Of a DNA stretch of 64,000 nucleotides, positions 12,198 through 24,369 are shown one piece after another (the stretch's first letter is position 1; each line of letters opens with the position of its first letter). The notes under the pieces were generated by a model that was not told the DNA's origin, ran no database searches, and saw nothing but the letters and a program-made list of their open reading frames with translations. The DNA comes from Malacoraja senta (Eukaryota). The position numbers and the translations under genes were made by a program. The stretch lies in the NCBI GenBank assembly GCA_038087875.1, contig CM075977.1:338520001-338584000 (forward strand), in the 5' to 3' direction.

Positions 12198-13161
12198 GAT
12201 TATTAGCAAAATATTGTGTGAATAACAGCAGGATAAAGTGACAGATACTCAGTTGACACGTGAAGTGTTGAAGTAATATAAATATTTGGGTGGGGTTCAG
12301 AGGATTCAATGGATGTGCATTTGGAGAAAAATGATAGGTTTGGGCCTATATCCAGCTTTAGACTCCAGGGTACTGTCAGTGGGCAGCGGTATGTCACTGT
12401 ATACCATTCAGATGTATGTGTGGGCACAGGTCTCTTGCGCTAGCTGCAATTTTGAAGAGCTATTATGCTACAAATACTGTTTGGTGTGTTTTTGGGTGAA
12501 TTTGTGTATTCATAGTTAAAGCTGATGCAAATTGCAGTGGTCAATGAAGATGGATTGAAGAGAATGTGCCCTTGTGTTTGATTTGGAGGAATGGAGAGGA
12601 GAAATGTTTATCTGAGAAAATGCTCTTCTGTTTTCTCTGTATCATTTGGAGTTTTTTGGCTTAAAGTAATTGCCATTAGTAAAAGTCCATTGTTTCCAAA
12701 ATAGTTACTGTTCACTGTGGGTAACTGACAGGTTCTGTATTTGACATGGTAAATATAATGGTTCCTGGAGTTAAGGGGAGTTTTGGAGCTAGTTGGCCCT
12801 TGAAGGCTTAAAAGTGAATTTTCAGTAGAGCTTGATAGCAATGCTCTCTACTTTGTTATTTTGTTGATGAATATCGAATAGATGGTAATTTTCAGGATTG
12901 AAATGATCCTCTTTTGTACCGTGGCAATTTCCATGGGTGTTAAGGCTGTTCCAACATTAGTTCTGGAAAGTGAATCATTAGAACTGCAATCTCAGAGACA
13001 AGACTCCAGATGGTGGAATTTGGAACAATAAATACAAACTACTAGAGCAACTTAACAACTTGAGCCGCATCTGAGAGACGAAAAAAGATACTCCAGATTG
13101 TGACCCTGCATCAGAACATTAGTTGGAATTTTTTTGGGGACTGTGAATTTTGCTCTTCATT

Positions 13162-13832
13162 GAAACACAGAAAATATGTGAGAGGTAGGCCATTCAGCCC
13201 TTCGAGCCAGCTCCGCCATTCAATATGATCATGCCTGATCATCCAACATCAGTACCCTGTTCCTGCTTTCTCCCCATATCCCTTCATTCTATTTGCCCCA
13301 AGAGCTCTATCTAACTCACTCTTGAATACATCCAGTGAATTGGCCTCTACTGCCTTCTGTGGCAGAGAATTCCACGGATTCACAACTCTCTGGGTGGAAA
13401 AGGTCCTAAATGGCCTACCGCTTATTCTTAAACTGTGACCCCCTGGTTCTGGACCCCCAACATCTGGATTTTTTTTCTGCATCTAGCCTGTCCAATCCGT
13501 TAATTCTATGTTTCTCTAAGATTCCCTCTCATCCTTCTAGATTCCAGTGAATACAAGCCAGTCGACCCATTCTTTCATCATATGTCAGTCACGCCATCCT
13601 GAGAATTAACCTGGTGAACCTACGTTGCATGCCCTCAATAGCAAAAATGTCCTTCCTCAAATTAGGAGACCAAAACTGCACACAATACTCCAGGTGTGGT
13701 CTCACCAAGGCCCTGTGCGACTGCAGTAGAACCTCCTTGTTCCTATACTCAAATCCTCTCGCTATGAAGACCAACATGCCATTCGCTTTCTTCACTGCTT
13801 GCTGTAACTGCATGCTTACTTTCAGTGACTGA
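13162..13832 (-). mobile_element. CR1 LINE 3' fragment
   Basis: ORF 13589..13813(-): KKANGML.FI.RG.EY..ALVRPHLEYCVQFWSPNLRKD. CR1 3' UTR at the left end. Confidence 0.9.
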
Positions 13833-14017
13833 ACATCTTAATAGATTTCTGAAAACAAAAGCAAATCAAATATAAGGCAGTAAACTAGATTTGTAGATTT
13901 ATCAAACAAATTTTAAAATAATATTTGTGTCAGATAGTCACCTATATAATGTAAGTAGGCATTTTTTTATTTTGCTATTATGTTTTCCACTGTATCTAGC
14001 TTTTAATTTGAGTTCAA

Positions 14018-14757
14018 TAGACAATAGGTGCAGGAGTATGCCATTTGGCCCTTCGAGCCAGCACTGCCATTCAATGTGATCATGGCTGATCATCCCCAAT
14101 CAGTACCCCGTTCCTGCCTTCTCCCCATATCCCCTGACTCCGCTATCTTTAAGAGCCCTATCTAGCTCTCTCTTGAAAGTATCCAGAGAACCGGCCTTCA
14201 CCGCCCTCTGAGGCAGAGAATTCCACACTCACAACTCTCTGAGAAAAAGTGTTTCCTCGTCTCTGTTCTAAATGGCTTACCCCTTATTTTTAAACTGTGG
14301 CCCCCGGTTCTGGACTCCCCCAACATCGGGAACATGTTTCCTGCCTCTAGCGTGTCCAAACCCTTAACAATCTTATATGTTTCAATAAGATCACCTCTCA
14401 TCCTTCTAAACTCCAGAGTGTACAAGCCTAGCCGCTCCATTCTCTCAGCATATGACAGTCCCACCGTCCCAGGAATTAACCTTGTAAACCTACCCTGCAC
14501 TCCCTCACTAGCAAGAATGTCCTCCTTCAAATTTGGGAACCATAACTGAACACAATACTCCAGGTGTGGTCTCACTAGGGCCTTGTACAGCTGCAGAAGG
14601 ACCTCTTTGCTCCTGCACTCTTGTTATAGAGGCCAACATGCCATTCACTTTCTTCACTGCCTGCTGTACCTGCATGCTTACTTTCATGGGCTGATGAACA
14701 AGGACTCCCAGATCCCGTTGTACTTCCCCTTTTCCCAACTTGACGCCATTTAGATAG
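14018..14757 (-). mobile_element. CR1 LINE 3' fragment (young subfamily)
   Basis: ORFs 14198..14575 and 14508..14738(-): QRDLGVLV, RPHLEYCVQ, RRMRGDLIETYKI. The tail is near-identical to the copies at 57431 and 60641. Confidence 0.92.
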
Positions 14758-14824
14758 TCTTGTATCTAATGAATTGCAAGTAACAAATCTAGCAATTTGT
14801 CCACTGGAGCAAATAAAAACTGCA

Positions 14825-15136
14825 GGGCAGCACCGTGGCGCAGCAGTAGAGCTGTTGCCTTGCAGCGCCAGAGACCCGGGTTCGATCCTGACAACGGGTG
14901 CTTGTCTGTACGGAGTTTGTACGTTCTACTCGTGACCTGCATGGGTTTTCTTCAGGATCTCTGGTTTCCTCCCACACTCCAAAGATGTACAGGTTTGTAG
15001 GTTAATTGGCTTGATATAATTGTAAATTGTCCCTAGCGTGTGTAGGAATGTGCAAGTGTGCGGGAATCACTGGTCGGCACGGACTCGGTGGGCTGATGGG
15101 CCTGTTTCCGCGCTCTCTCTGAACTAAACTAAACTG
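14825..15136 (+). mobile_element. Full-length tRNA-derived V-SINE/HE1-like SINE
   Basis: A box GTGGCGCAGCAGTAG, B box GGTTCGATCC, conserved central domain, CR1-like tail ending in (CTAAA)n. Confidence 0.88.
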
Positions 15137-15209
15137 CAAGTGCGATAAATCGAGGGATGGGGGCAATTGAGAGGCTCAGCAGAACACCATCGAAATGAAC
15201 AAGGATTTG

Positions 15210-15325
15210 TCAAGTCAAGAGAGTTTATTGTCATGGGTCCCAGATAGGACAATGAAATTCTTGCTTGCTGCAGCACAACAGAATATTGTAGGCATAAATA
15301 CAGATCAGATCTGTATTTATGCCTA
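15210..15325 (-). mobile_element. Short Rex1-type 3' tail with terminal fold-back
   Basis: Near-identical to 4042-4135 (gtcaagtcaagagagtttattgtcatg...cccagataggacaatgaaattcttgcttgctgca). Confidence 0.8.
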
Positions 15326-15479
15326 TGTATCTGTATGAGCTGAAAATATGAGAAGACAAACATAAGATGTAGAGAGCTGGATGTAAAGGGATATCTCATA
15401 GGGTGTAGATCAAGGTTGTCCAAAGTTAACATTTGTTATAAAAATTTGCAGACCTTTTTGTGAGCCCCAAATAGGAAAT

Positions 15480-16640
15480 TAAACAATGCAGCACAGGAAC
15501 TAACTCTGGTCGATTGCGTTGGTGCCTAGCATGATACCAGGTTAATCTCTGCGTGAGTGTGATCCATTCCTGACATTGCCATGTGCCTATCTAAACATTT
15601 CTTAAAAGTCACTATCATTTCTGCATCTATCACCACTCCTGCCAGGCACTTGAGCCACACATCTCTGAAACATAGTACCTCTCAAAATATTTCTACCCTG
15701 GGAAGACTGCGCTATCTATACCTCCATAGTCTAATGTACTCCTATGAGCTCTCCCCTCAACTTCCTAATGCAACAGAGAAAATAATCCAAGTTTGAAGAA
15801 GGGTCTCAACCCAAAACGTCACCCATTCCTTCTCTCAAGAGATGCTGCCTGTGCCGCTGAGTTACATCAGCATTTTGTGTCTACCCAAGTTTCACCAACC
15901 TCTCCTTTTAATTGGGCAGCATTCTGGTAAACTTTCTGCATTCTCCACAGCCTTCCTATAATGGAGTGCAGACTGCACACAATACTACAAATGCGGCCTA
16001 ACCAAGGTTGCAGCATGACTGCCTGACTCTTATACTCAATGCCTTGACTGATGAAGACAAGCATACCATTTGCCTCTTTTGCCGCTCTACCTACTTGTGT
16101 TGTCAGCTTCAGGGAGCTATGGAGTTGGACTTCAAGATACTTCTCCACATCAATATGCCCTATACTTTACCCTTGCATTCATACTCCCAAAGTGCAACAC
16201 CTCACAGATTGTACAGATTCAAAACCCTGCTCAGATTAAACTCCGTCTGCCATTTTCCTCCCATATCTGTAACTGATCTAAATCCTATTGTATCCTTTTC
16301 CAGCCTTCCTCACTAACTCCAATAATGTTGGTGTATTCAAACTTGCTCACCTACATTATGTACAAGTTGTTAATACATATCGGAAACAACGACCCTAGTA
16401 CAGATCCCTGCACGACACCACTGCTCTCAGAGTTCCAGATAGAATACTGTATCTTGGGTTAAGCCAGTTCTGAACTACCAAGTCGTCCTGAATCCCATGC
16501 ATCTTAATCTTCTGGATCAGCCTACCATGAAGGACTTTCCCAAATACTATACCAATATTCATATAGAAACATCAGCTGCCCAACCCTTATCAATCACCAT
16601 CGCCGTCTCTTCAAACCTCAATCAAATTAATAAGATGACA
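15480..16640 (-). mobile_element. Old degenerate CR1 LINE, interrupted by a PLE-derived insert
   Basis: ORF 15867..16148(-): AAKEANGMLVFISQGIEYKS..MLQ. Decayed RT motifs. Confidence 0.7.
15795..15884 (+). mobile_element. 90-bp Penelope-derived mini-element starting at the hammerhead motif
   Basis: Homologous to 6691-6780. 8-bp TSD CCAAGTTT at 15787-15794 and 15885-15892. Confidence 0.82.
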
Positions 16641-16772
16641 GCACGATTGAGTTGCTGCTTCACCTACAACTGCTTTGTTTCACATTAATTCTCTGTCCAA
16701 CTTTCTCTTTCATCTGTCTTTAGCCTCCATGTTGCTAACAATGTCCAGTGTAAGGTTGAGGTACACACCTAA

Positions 16773-17324
16773 AAGGCCTGTCTCACGAGTCTGCGGTCAT
16801 TGGCGGTGATACAGGAAGTATCTACCGCTCGTGGACCGCCAGAGACCGCGGGTTCGGTCAAACGACCACCGCCGGGGCCGTGCGGCGTTTGTCCCAACAC
16901 CGCACGGTGCTAAAAAAAAAGTCAGCACTGTCCAAAAATAATTTCTTACCGCACAGCCGCCGCCAGTGAGGCACGAGTGCGGCACGGTCACTGCCACAGC
17001 CACCGCCAGTGAGGCACGAGCGCCGTGAGTCGAACGCTCACCGCCACAGCCACCGCCAGTGAGGCACGTGTGCGGCACGGCCGCCGCCGCCAGTGAGGCA
17101 GGTGTGCGGCACGGCCGCCGCCACAGCCCCGCGATCCGAAAGACGACGTCGCGTTGCGTGATGACGTAATCACCCGACGCCGCAAGCTCGTGGAACCGGC
17201 CGTACGGAGATCACTCGGCCCCCGCGCAGCTTCCGTGCGGCGCTCTCGCGGTTGACGTGCGGTCCCCTCTTCCGGCAACGCCGTGCTTCACTGCCAATGA
17301 CCGCAACACCGTGAGACAGAGCCT
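16773..17324. mobile_element. GC-rich PIF/Harbinger-type MITE with internal tandem repeats
   Basis: Imperfect ~35-bp TIRs (AAGGCCTGTCTCACG..GCGGTCATTGGCGGTG / CACTGCCAATGACCGC..CGTGAGACAGAGCCT), flanked by TAA and TTA (TWA target). Confidence 0.75.
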
Positions 17325-17817
17325 TTATCTTCCATTTGAGTAGTTGAAACCCTCAGAAATGATTGATATTGAAGTTAATTCCATTTAGCTACTTTATTTG
17401 TCCAGAAATATGTGTGGTTTGTTTCAATTTGATACATTTTTTCTTTTCTGTTTCTAATTGCAATTTTTTTAAAAATATTGGTTACCTTTAAAAATCTGCA
17501 ACTTGCTCTGCACCCTATTGCAGATATTATCTCTCCTCCACTTGTTTGCCTTTCTGCCACTTGTCGTGCTTGGTTCCTTACTTTCCAGTTTGGAATGGTC
17601 CTTGACACAATGTCAATTCCTTCACACCAAATTGATGCTTTAGAAACAAAGATTGATCCTGAACCTGTGACTCTCACAACTGAGCACAATATGCAACATT
17701 GTGCAATATGCAGAAATGGATGGAGAGGCCTAAAAGAGTTTTGCGTGTTAACATTTTTTGTACCTTTTTGTCCGAATGCTTGACATCTGAACTAATGTAT
17801 TGATATTTTATTTACAG

Positions 17818-17883
17818 GGTTTGAAAGCATCTTAGAAGGACTTTATGGACCAAGGTTACTCAGAGACCTCAGTTTATTTGATG
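17818..17883 (+). CDS. LCORL: LCORL coding exon 2 (66 bp, phase 1-1): (G)[21 protein letters not shown]
   Basis: tttacag|GG acceptor and G|gtaaaa donor. The translation matches the conserved LCORL N-terminal block [22 protein letters not shown] (recalled). Confidence 0.95.
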
Positions 17884-19444
17884 GTAAAATGTTTTTTGTT
17901 TTCTGAATATTAATATTGAGTATTGTGAAAATTGTGAATAATCTGTTTTCAGTTTTTCTTGGAATGGATTTTATTAACTATATTCCAATTGAAACTCTAC
18001 AATGTTTTAATCATGTGAAATTAAGTTGTTGTTCTTGAATGTTTTCTTGTATTTGTGCAATACCTCTGACTAGACCACTTCAATAAACACTTATCTAATT
18101 AGGCATTTCGCTAATAATTGATGTCATTTTGAAAAATCTAAGTACTTTTATTACTTAACTATCCTAAAATGTTGCCAATCCGTAATTTTCTTATTCCTTT
18201 AATGTTGTGCAATTTACATTACAGAAGTATTTCACATCATTAAAAATAGCCTCGCCTTGTGTATAATTACTTCCTTACATTGATATTTAATATTTTCCGC
18301 CCATATGTTTCTCTAGCTTATTAATGGGAGCATTCATACATGGAATATAACATTTTGCTCAAATTACTTTTACATTTCTGCAAAAACATGTATTGTTCAT
18401 TTTCCATGGTTCAAACAAAGTCCATCTTTGGAGACCCGAGTAGTATAAAGCTCAGAGTAATGCCTGTCTTAAAGTCTTAATTGTTCGGGAAATAAAAATT
18501 TATTTATGCAATATTGAGTCGTCTTAGCCCCAAAACAGCCAGGGTTTGTCTTGCCTTATTGCGTAGTTGAGAACCTTGTTGAAACCCTATGGTTTGGTTA
18601 TCTGATTTGAAGGGAGGGTGAAACATGAGAAATATTGACGGCTCTTGAATAACCCACTGATATCAGTAATCAACTTTAATGATGCCATCAACCTTTCAGA
18701 ACAGGGGGAAACAATGCGAGCCTCGTGCAAGTTCCAAAACAAATTTAATCCAAGTTGATTTACAATGTTTTCTCACTGTCACAGCAACAATGAACAATAT
18801 GCAGAAAAAAACGTATGTGGTGCTGTTAGGTTCATGTCAAAAATGGTAGTATTTTTGAGTTCATGGTTTATAGAACTGTGATCCTTAAGGTCTTACAGTG
18901 CAATGTCTTGCATTTTTTCATAATGCATTAGTAAGCAATGTGATACTGTTGAAGCAAATATGACACGGGTACAGTAAAATTAGCGTGGTTTATTGCCACT
19001 TTTGATCCCGTCCATGTTCTGGGCATACAAAACAGCACGATTGGTCTTGAACAGAATACAGTGGAACAGAATATCGCATAGTTGCACAGTATGGAAATGG
19101 GTCATTTGATGGGTCATATCCCTCTGAACCTCTTTTATCCATGTGCCTGTCCGAGCGTCTATCTGCCTCAACAATTTCTGGCTGTTCTCGTTCCACATAT
19201 GCACCACTCTCTGTGCTAGTGGGAATGGAGAAGACTTGCCCCTTAAGTTTGCGTTTAGATCTTGGCTCTCCCCCAAAAGCCTACGCTCTCCAGTTTTAGA
19301 TTTCCCTACCCCGGGAAAAAGACTGTCCACCTTAACATCATAGCACTCATGATGTTACAAAACCTCTAAGGAAGTCCTTTGGCATCCTTCAATCCTGGAA
19401 AAAACTGACCTGACTCTCCTTGTAATTCAAGCTGTAATAGGATG

Positions 19445-21098
19445 CTAGTGCTACACGTGTGGATTTAAACTAAATAGTGGGGGAGAGGGATTGACAAATT
19501 GGGAGTATAAAGATGGAGTTAAAGGAGAAGTGAGTACAGGAAAAGTTACAAAAGACGCCCGAATTAATGGGAAGGAAAGATCGAGAAGGGATAAGAGAGT
19601 AAGGTCAGAGCCAATAGTGACTGTTGTGAGAGGGGAGGTGAATACCAAAGTCGAAGTGTTGTATATGAATGCGTGAAGTATAAGAAATAAAGTGGATGAG
19701 CTTGAGGCTCAGTTAGAAATTTTTCAAGTATGATTTTGAGGGAATTACAGAGACATGGCTGCAAGAGGACCAGGGTTGGGAACTGAATATTCAAGGGTAT
19801 ATGTCCTATCGAAAAGACATAGGTGTGAAGAGGGGGTGAGGTAGCTCTGTTGTGGAGGAATGAAATTCACTCCCTTGCGAGGGGTGACATAGAATCAGGA
19901 GATGTAGAGTCAGTATGGATAGAACTGAGGATTTGCAAGGGTCAGAAGACCCTAATGGGAGTTATCTACAGGCCCCCAAAAAGTAGCCTGGATATGGGGT
20001 GCAAGTTGAATCAAGTTAAAATTGGTATGTCTCAAAGGTAATGCTACAGTTGTTATAGGAGATTTCAACATGCAGGTAGACTGGGAAAATCAGGTTAGAA
20101 CTGGACCCCAAGAAGGGGTTTGTGGAGTGCCTCCGTGATGGATTCTTACAGCTTGCACTGGAGCCTACCAGGGAGAAGGCAATTCTGGATTTAGTGTTGT
20201 GCAATGAACCGGATTTGATAAGGGAACTCGAGGTAAAAGAGCCATTAGGAGGTAGTGACCATAATATGATCCGTTTTAATCTACAATTTTAGAGGGAGAA
20301 GGGTAAATCGGAGGTGTCGGTATTACAGTTGAGCAAAGGGAGTTATGGAGCCATGAGGGAGGAGTTGGCCAAAGTTGACTGGAAAGATACCCTAGCAGGG
20401 ATGATAGTGGAACAACAATGGCAAGTGTTTCTGGGAATAATACAGAAGGTTGCAGGATCGGTTCATTCCAAAGAGGAAGAAAGATTCCAATGCGACTGTG
20501 GCTGACAAGGGAAGTCAGGGAGAGTATAAAAATAAAACTGATGAAATATAACGTAGCAAAGAGGATTGGGTGACTATTAAAGAGCAACAGAAGATAACTA
20601 AAAAGGCAATACGGGGGAAAAAGATGAGGTACGAAGGTAAGCTAGCCAAGAATATAAAGGAGGGTAGTAAAAGCTTCTTTAGGTATGTGAAAAGGAAAAA
20701 ACTAGTTAGGGACAAGGTTGGATCCTTGAGGACTGAAAAGAATTTATTATGGGGAACAAGGAAATGGCAGACAAGTTAAACACGTACTTTGGATCCATCT
20801 TCACTAGGGAAGACACAAACAATCTCCCAGGTGTACTAGTGGCCAGAGGATCTGGGGTGACGGAGGAACTGAAGGAAATCCACATTAGGCAGGAAATGGT
20901 GTTGGGTAGACTGATGGGACTGAAGGCTGATAAATCCCCAGGGCCTGATGGTCTGCATCCCAGGGTATTTAAGGAAGTGGCTCTAGAAATCGTGGACGCA
21001 TTGGTGATAATTTTCCAATGTTCTATAAATTTGGGATCAGTTCCTGTGGATTGGAGGGTAGCTAATGTTATCCCACTTTTTAAGAAGGGTGGCATGGG
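19445..21098 (+). mobile_element. CR1 LINE 5'/central fragment: ORF2 APE endonuclease and start of RT, frameshifted
   Basis: VLYMNA*SIRNK, GITETW, GVIYRPP, GDFN, LDLVL, GSDH, KSPGPDGLHPRV.KE, DWRVANVIPLFKKG. Confidence 0.92.
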
Positions 21099-23194
21099 GA
21101 ATATGATTAGAGGAGTCATTGCTGTGGTATATCTCAGACCCAGAACATTGAAAACTAATGGAAAAAAGTGTTTTTGCGTGTTTTGTTGATCCTTTCAGTG
21201 TGAGTGGGAGCATAGCATCTTTTAGATGCATAAATGTTTCTAGCTTACTACACTGATGTAATTGAATAGACACGGGTCATGGGTGGTGGACAAGTAGGAT
21301 GATTTAAAAATCTGCCTTTAATCTAGTTTCTAGTAGGTGTTGCAAGGCCTGAGGAAATTTGTATAAATTCAGTCTGCGGTCAAGTTGATAAGGCAAAAGT
21401 GATGGATAGACTGAGGACTCGATTCGGAACCAAATAGGATATGTAGAATGCAGTTAATCTGCTTTGCCATTTGACTGGGACAGCAATGGTATTGTTGGGG
21501 ATTTCGGATTTTATGAATGTCGCATTCAAGGCTGAGAGTACGTGATCCAGTCTTGCACAACAGAAATTGACATTAACGGAGAAATTTCTGTTTTCAATAG
21601 TTAATTCCACTGGATTGGTCTGCTTTTTATAATCTATTTTAAATTGCTTTTCAAGTTTTGCATGTAAACCATGAACAAATTAATGACAGGCATGACTAAA
21701 TTATGATATCAAGCTCTTGTACTTTAGATATGTAGAACTTTTCATTGGCACGTTGATAATTGCTTCCATGCCTCTCTCTGAAGTGATCCGAAAAGACCAG
21801 AAACAATAGATCACATTTTTTACTTAAAGAGAGCACTGCTACCAATTTACATTTTGGTTCTCCCTTACACTCCCATTTCCTGAGAGAGGTTTTGAGGTGT
21901 ATTTTGGAGGAATGCAGAGATGTCAAGTTGGGAGGAGTTTGTGATGGTGAGCAAGGATGAAGCTTTATTGGAACTTAATGAATGTACTTAAATTTGAAAA
22001 CATTCACTTGCTGTTTTAAGTGTTGCACGACCATGAGCAAGAGATTGAATATGATTGTATTCGAACAGCTAAATTCCACTGCTTGGAAGTTTTGAATGGC
22101 AAAGATGAGGTAGAACTGGTAATAGCAGCTGTTTGCGATACCTGCCGTTTGTACTGTGGATATTAATGTATTAAGTATATAGAAAAAAACAGGGGGGTGG
22201 GTGGGCTAGGCTAGAAATTCACTGAATAATGCTTGTGGTGTGAATATAAGAAGTATAACCATCTGCGATTCTTTGGGTTCAGTTGGATGTTATTTATTTA
22301 ATTGTACAATATAGCAGAAAAGGCTGTCAAAGGGTCTAAACCAGTTGAGAAGTATTTTATCGAAGGACATGTAGGATGTTAATTTGTGACTTTACAAGGG
22401 GCAACTTCAATACTGTACTGGGCTAGCAATTGTATGTAGAAAAATAGACTAAATTTTCACGGGCTTGGAGATGGAGGATCTGGGGGTGGTAATAGCAGAA
22501 GGGGCTGTCAATGGATTTAGTTGCAGTTTTATGAAGGCGAGTGGAGAAATGTCTGCCTGTTAATAGGAGAGAAGTTGGATAGTCAGCAGTTTTGATATAG
22601 GATTAAATGAATGTTTGAGTCACTGGCTGAAAATTTCCATGGAGCCATTCTACTCTAATATGCAAAAGTGTTGCCATTCTAATGAAGGTACATCAGTGGA
22701 GCTTGAGCAACCCTAAACACATTCACAGTTGCACTCTCCCTTGAGCATATCTATATGTTTAGTGATTTCTGTTGCTTTGATTTTCAAATTTGTTCAATAT
22801 AATCTTCTGTCTATTTAGGTGTGAAATAAGGAGAAATGTCTTCACTTAGATGTTAACTTCTCTGACCTAGAGGGCAGTTGAAACTCAGTCTTTGGTTTGG
22901 TTGAGAACTGCAATGAAATTTGGATATTAGTCGTGAAAGATACGAGGATAGGGTAGGAAAATGATCAGCCATAATGGATTTAATAGTTGATTTAATGACG
23001 GAACATGCTTGAGGGGCAAAGTGGTGTATTAGTGCTCATATTTATTAGGTTCTTATTAATCCTCGACTCAAATCTGAGATCCAGGCATCTATCCATAGTA
23101 TTTACACATTTTATAAACACTTCAATTCTTATTTTCTAATTCTTCATGTGTAATATTACATATTGTGTAAGTAACTCCAACTGTCTTTTCACCT

Positions 23195-23627
23195 TTTTTG
23201 TTATTTTTAGTCTGTCTTAAAGTATGTTTTTGGAGGTTTCTTAGTTTTTTTTATGTGGGGAGGGAAGAGGGGAAACTGTTTCCCAGTCACTTCCTGGTCA
23301 AGGAAGTGGCCAATTCGGAAACTCCAAGTCGCTGAGCGTTCCGTTCCAAGCCCGGAGCTCCGATCATCCCGGCGAGAGGGTCTGAACATCGGGCCGCCCA
23401 TAGCGGCGACTGCGGAGGGCTCAAAGGCCCCGACCACGGGTGAACAAAGAGGAAGATGACTGAATTTAATTACCTTCTCTCACAGTGGGAAACGTTGATA
23501 CCGCTGTGGGGATGTTCATGTTGAACTGTACCGTGTGTTGTGTTCTTTTTATTCGTATGGCTGTATGGTAACTCAAATCTCACTGTACCAATTGCCGCAT
23601 GTGACAATAAATGTAACTTGAACTTGA
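23195..23627 (+). mobile_element. Non-coding retroposon (SINE-like) with Rex/LINE-type 3' tail
   Basis: GC-rich middle section. 3' end ctcactgtacc..catgtgacaataaa followed by (AACTTG)n. Confidence 0.55.
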
Positions 23628-24214
23628 ATATTGAAGCTTAGAAGCCATAGCCATGTGAATGTATCTGTAGCAAAACCTGAAAACCTTTGCTGAAAACCTG
23701 CAATGTTTTGATGGACACCAGTGGCTTCCCAGTTGTTTGAGTTGTCCATTTCATGTGTATCTGGAATTTGAAAAAGCTATTGGGCAAAAGGTTTCTGGAA
23801 ACTCTTGCATGGCGTATGCCATAATTCAGCCAAAAGTTAATTTGTAGCTCCTTCCGGTCTCATTCTTGGTAATCCTGACTCTTGAATGTAACATTGTTCA
23901 GTTGGCCACAAGCACATCGATTTGTGAAAACACCACTGGTCGTCTCTTACTAGGGTTGCCAACAGTTTTATGTATGCAACGCTCATTATCTGCAAGAAAA
24001 GGTGTTTTTTTCTGTCCCATATGACAATGCACAACAACAATTTTCCTGTGGAAAATCTGCAGAGGCTGTGGGGGTGGAATCGGGGAAACCTCATTACTGT
24101 TGTATTTCATTAAAATGAGCTGCTTGTAGTTTACCTGGATGACATTGGATTGGTGTGGATATTGCTGTTGAAGGATTCAGGTGAGGAAGCTAGTCCCTGT
24201 GAAACTGTGTGAAA

Positions 24215-24369
24215 CTTAGATATAGCTCTTAGGGCGAATGGAATCGAGGGATATGGGGAGAAAGCAAGAATGGGGTACTGATTTTGGATGATCAGCTGTG
24301 ATCATAATGAATGGCGGTACTGGCTCGAAGGGCCAAATGGCCTACTCCTGCACCTATTTTCTATGTGTC
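24215..24369 (+). mobile_element. CR1 3' tail
   Basis: ggatatggggagaaagc..ggctcgaagggccaaatggcctactcctgcacctattttctatg. Confidence 0.8.

Noticed and set aside
14825-14895. tRNA-like A/B boxes (also at 1554, 30160, 35070-35133 and 43733)
   Set aside because: These are SINE heads followed by SINE body. No complete cloverleaf is present.
16797-17278. Repetitive ORFs (LAVAVAV / PHWRR)
   Set aside because: Translation of the MITE's internal tandem repeats.
17478-17783. 101-aa ORF just upstream of exon 2 as a possible LCORL exon 1
   Set aside because: No similarity to the expected N-terminus (QCRSPRC...ELDSWRH) and no CpG-island promoter. Exon 1 is outside the window.
22864-22879. CTCF-like CCTAGAGGGCAG (and CCAGCGGGGGCAG at 34591)
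   Set aside because: Both lie within decayed CR1 sequence and are imperfect matches.
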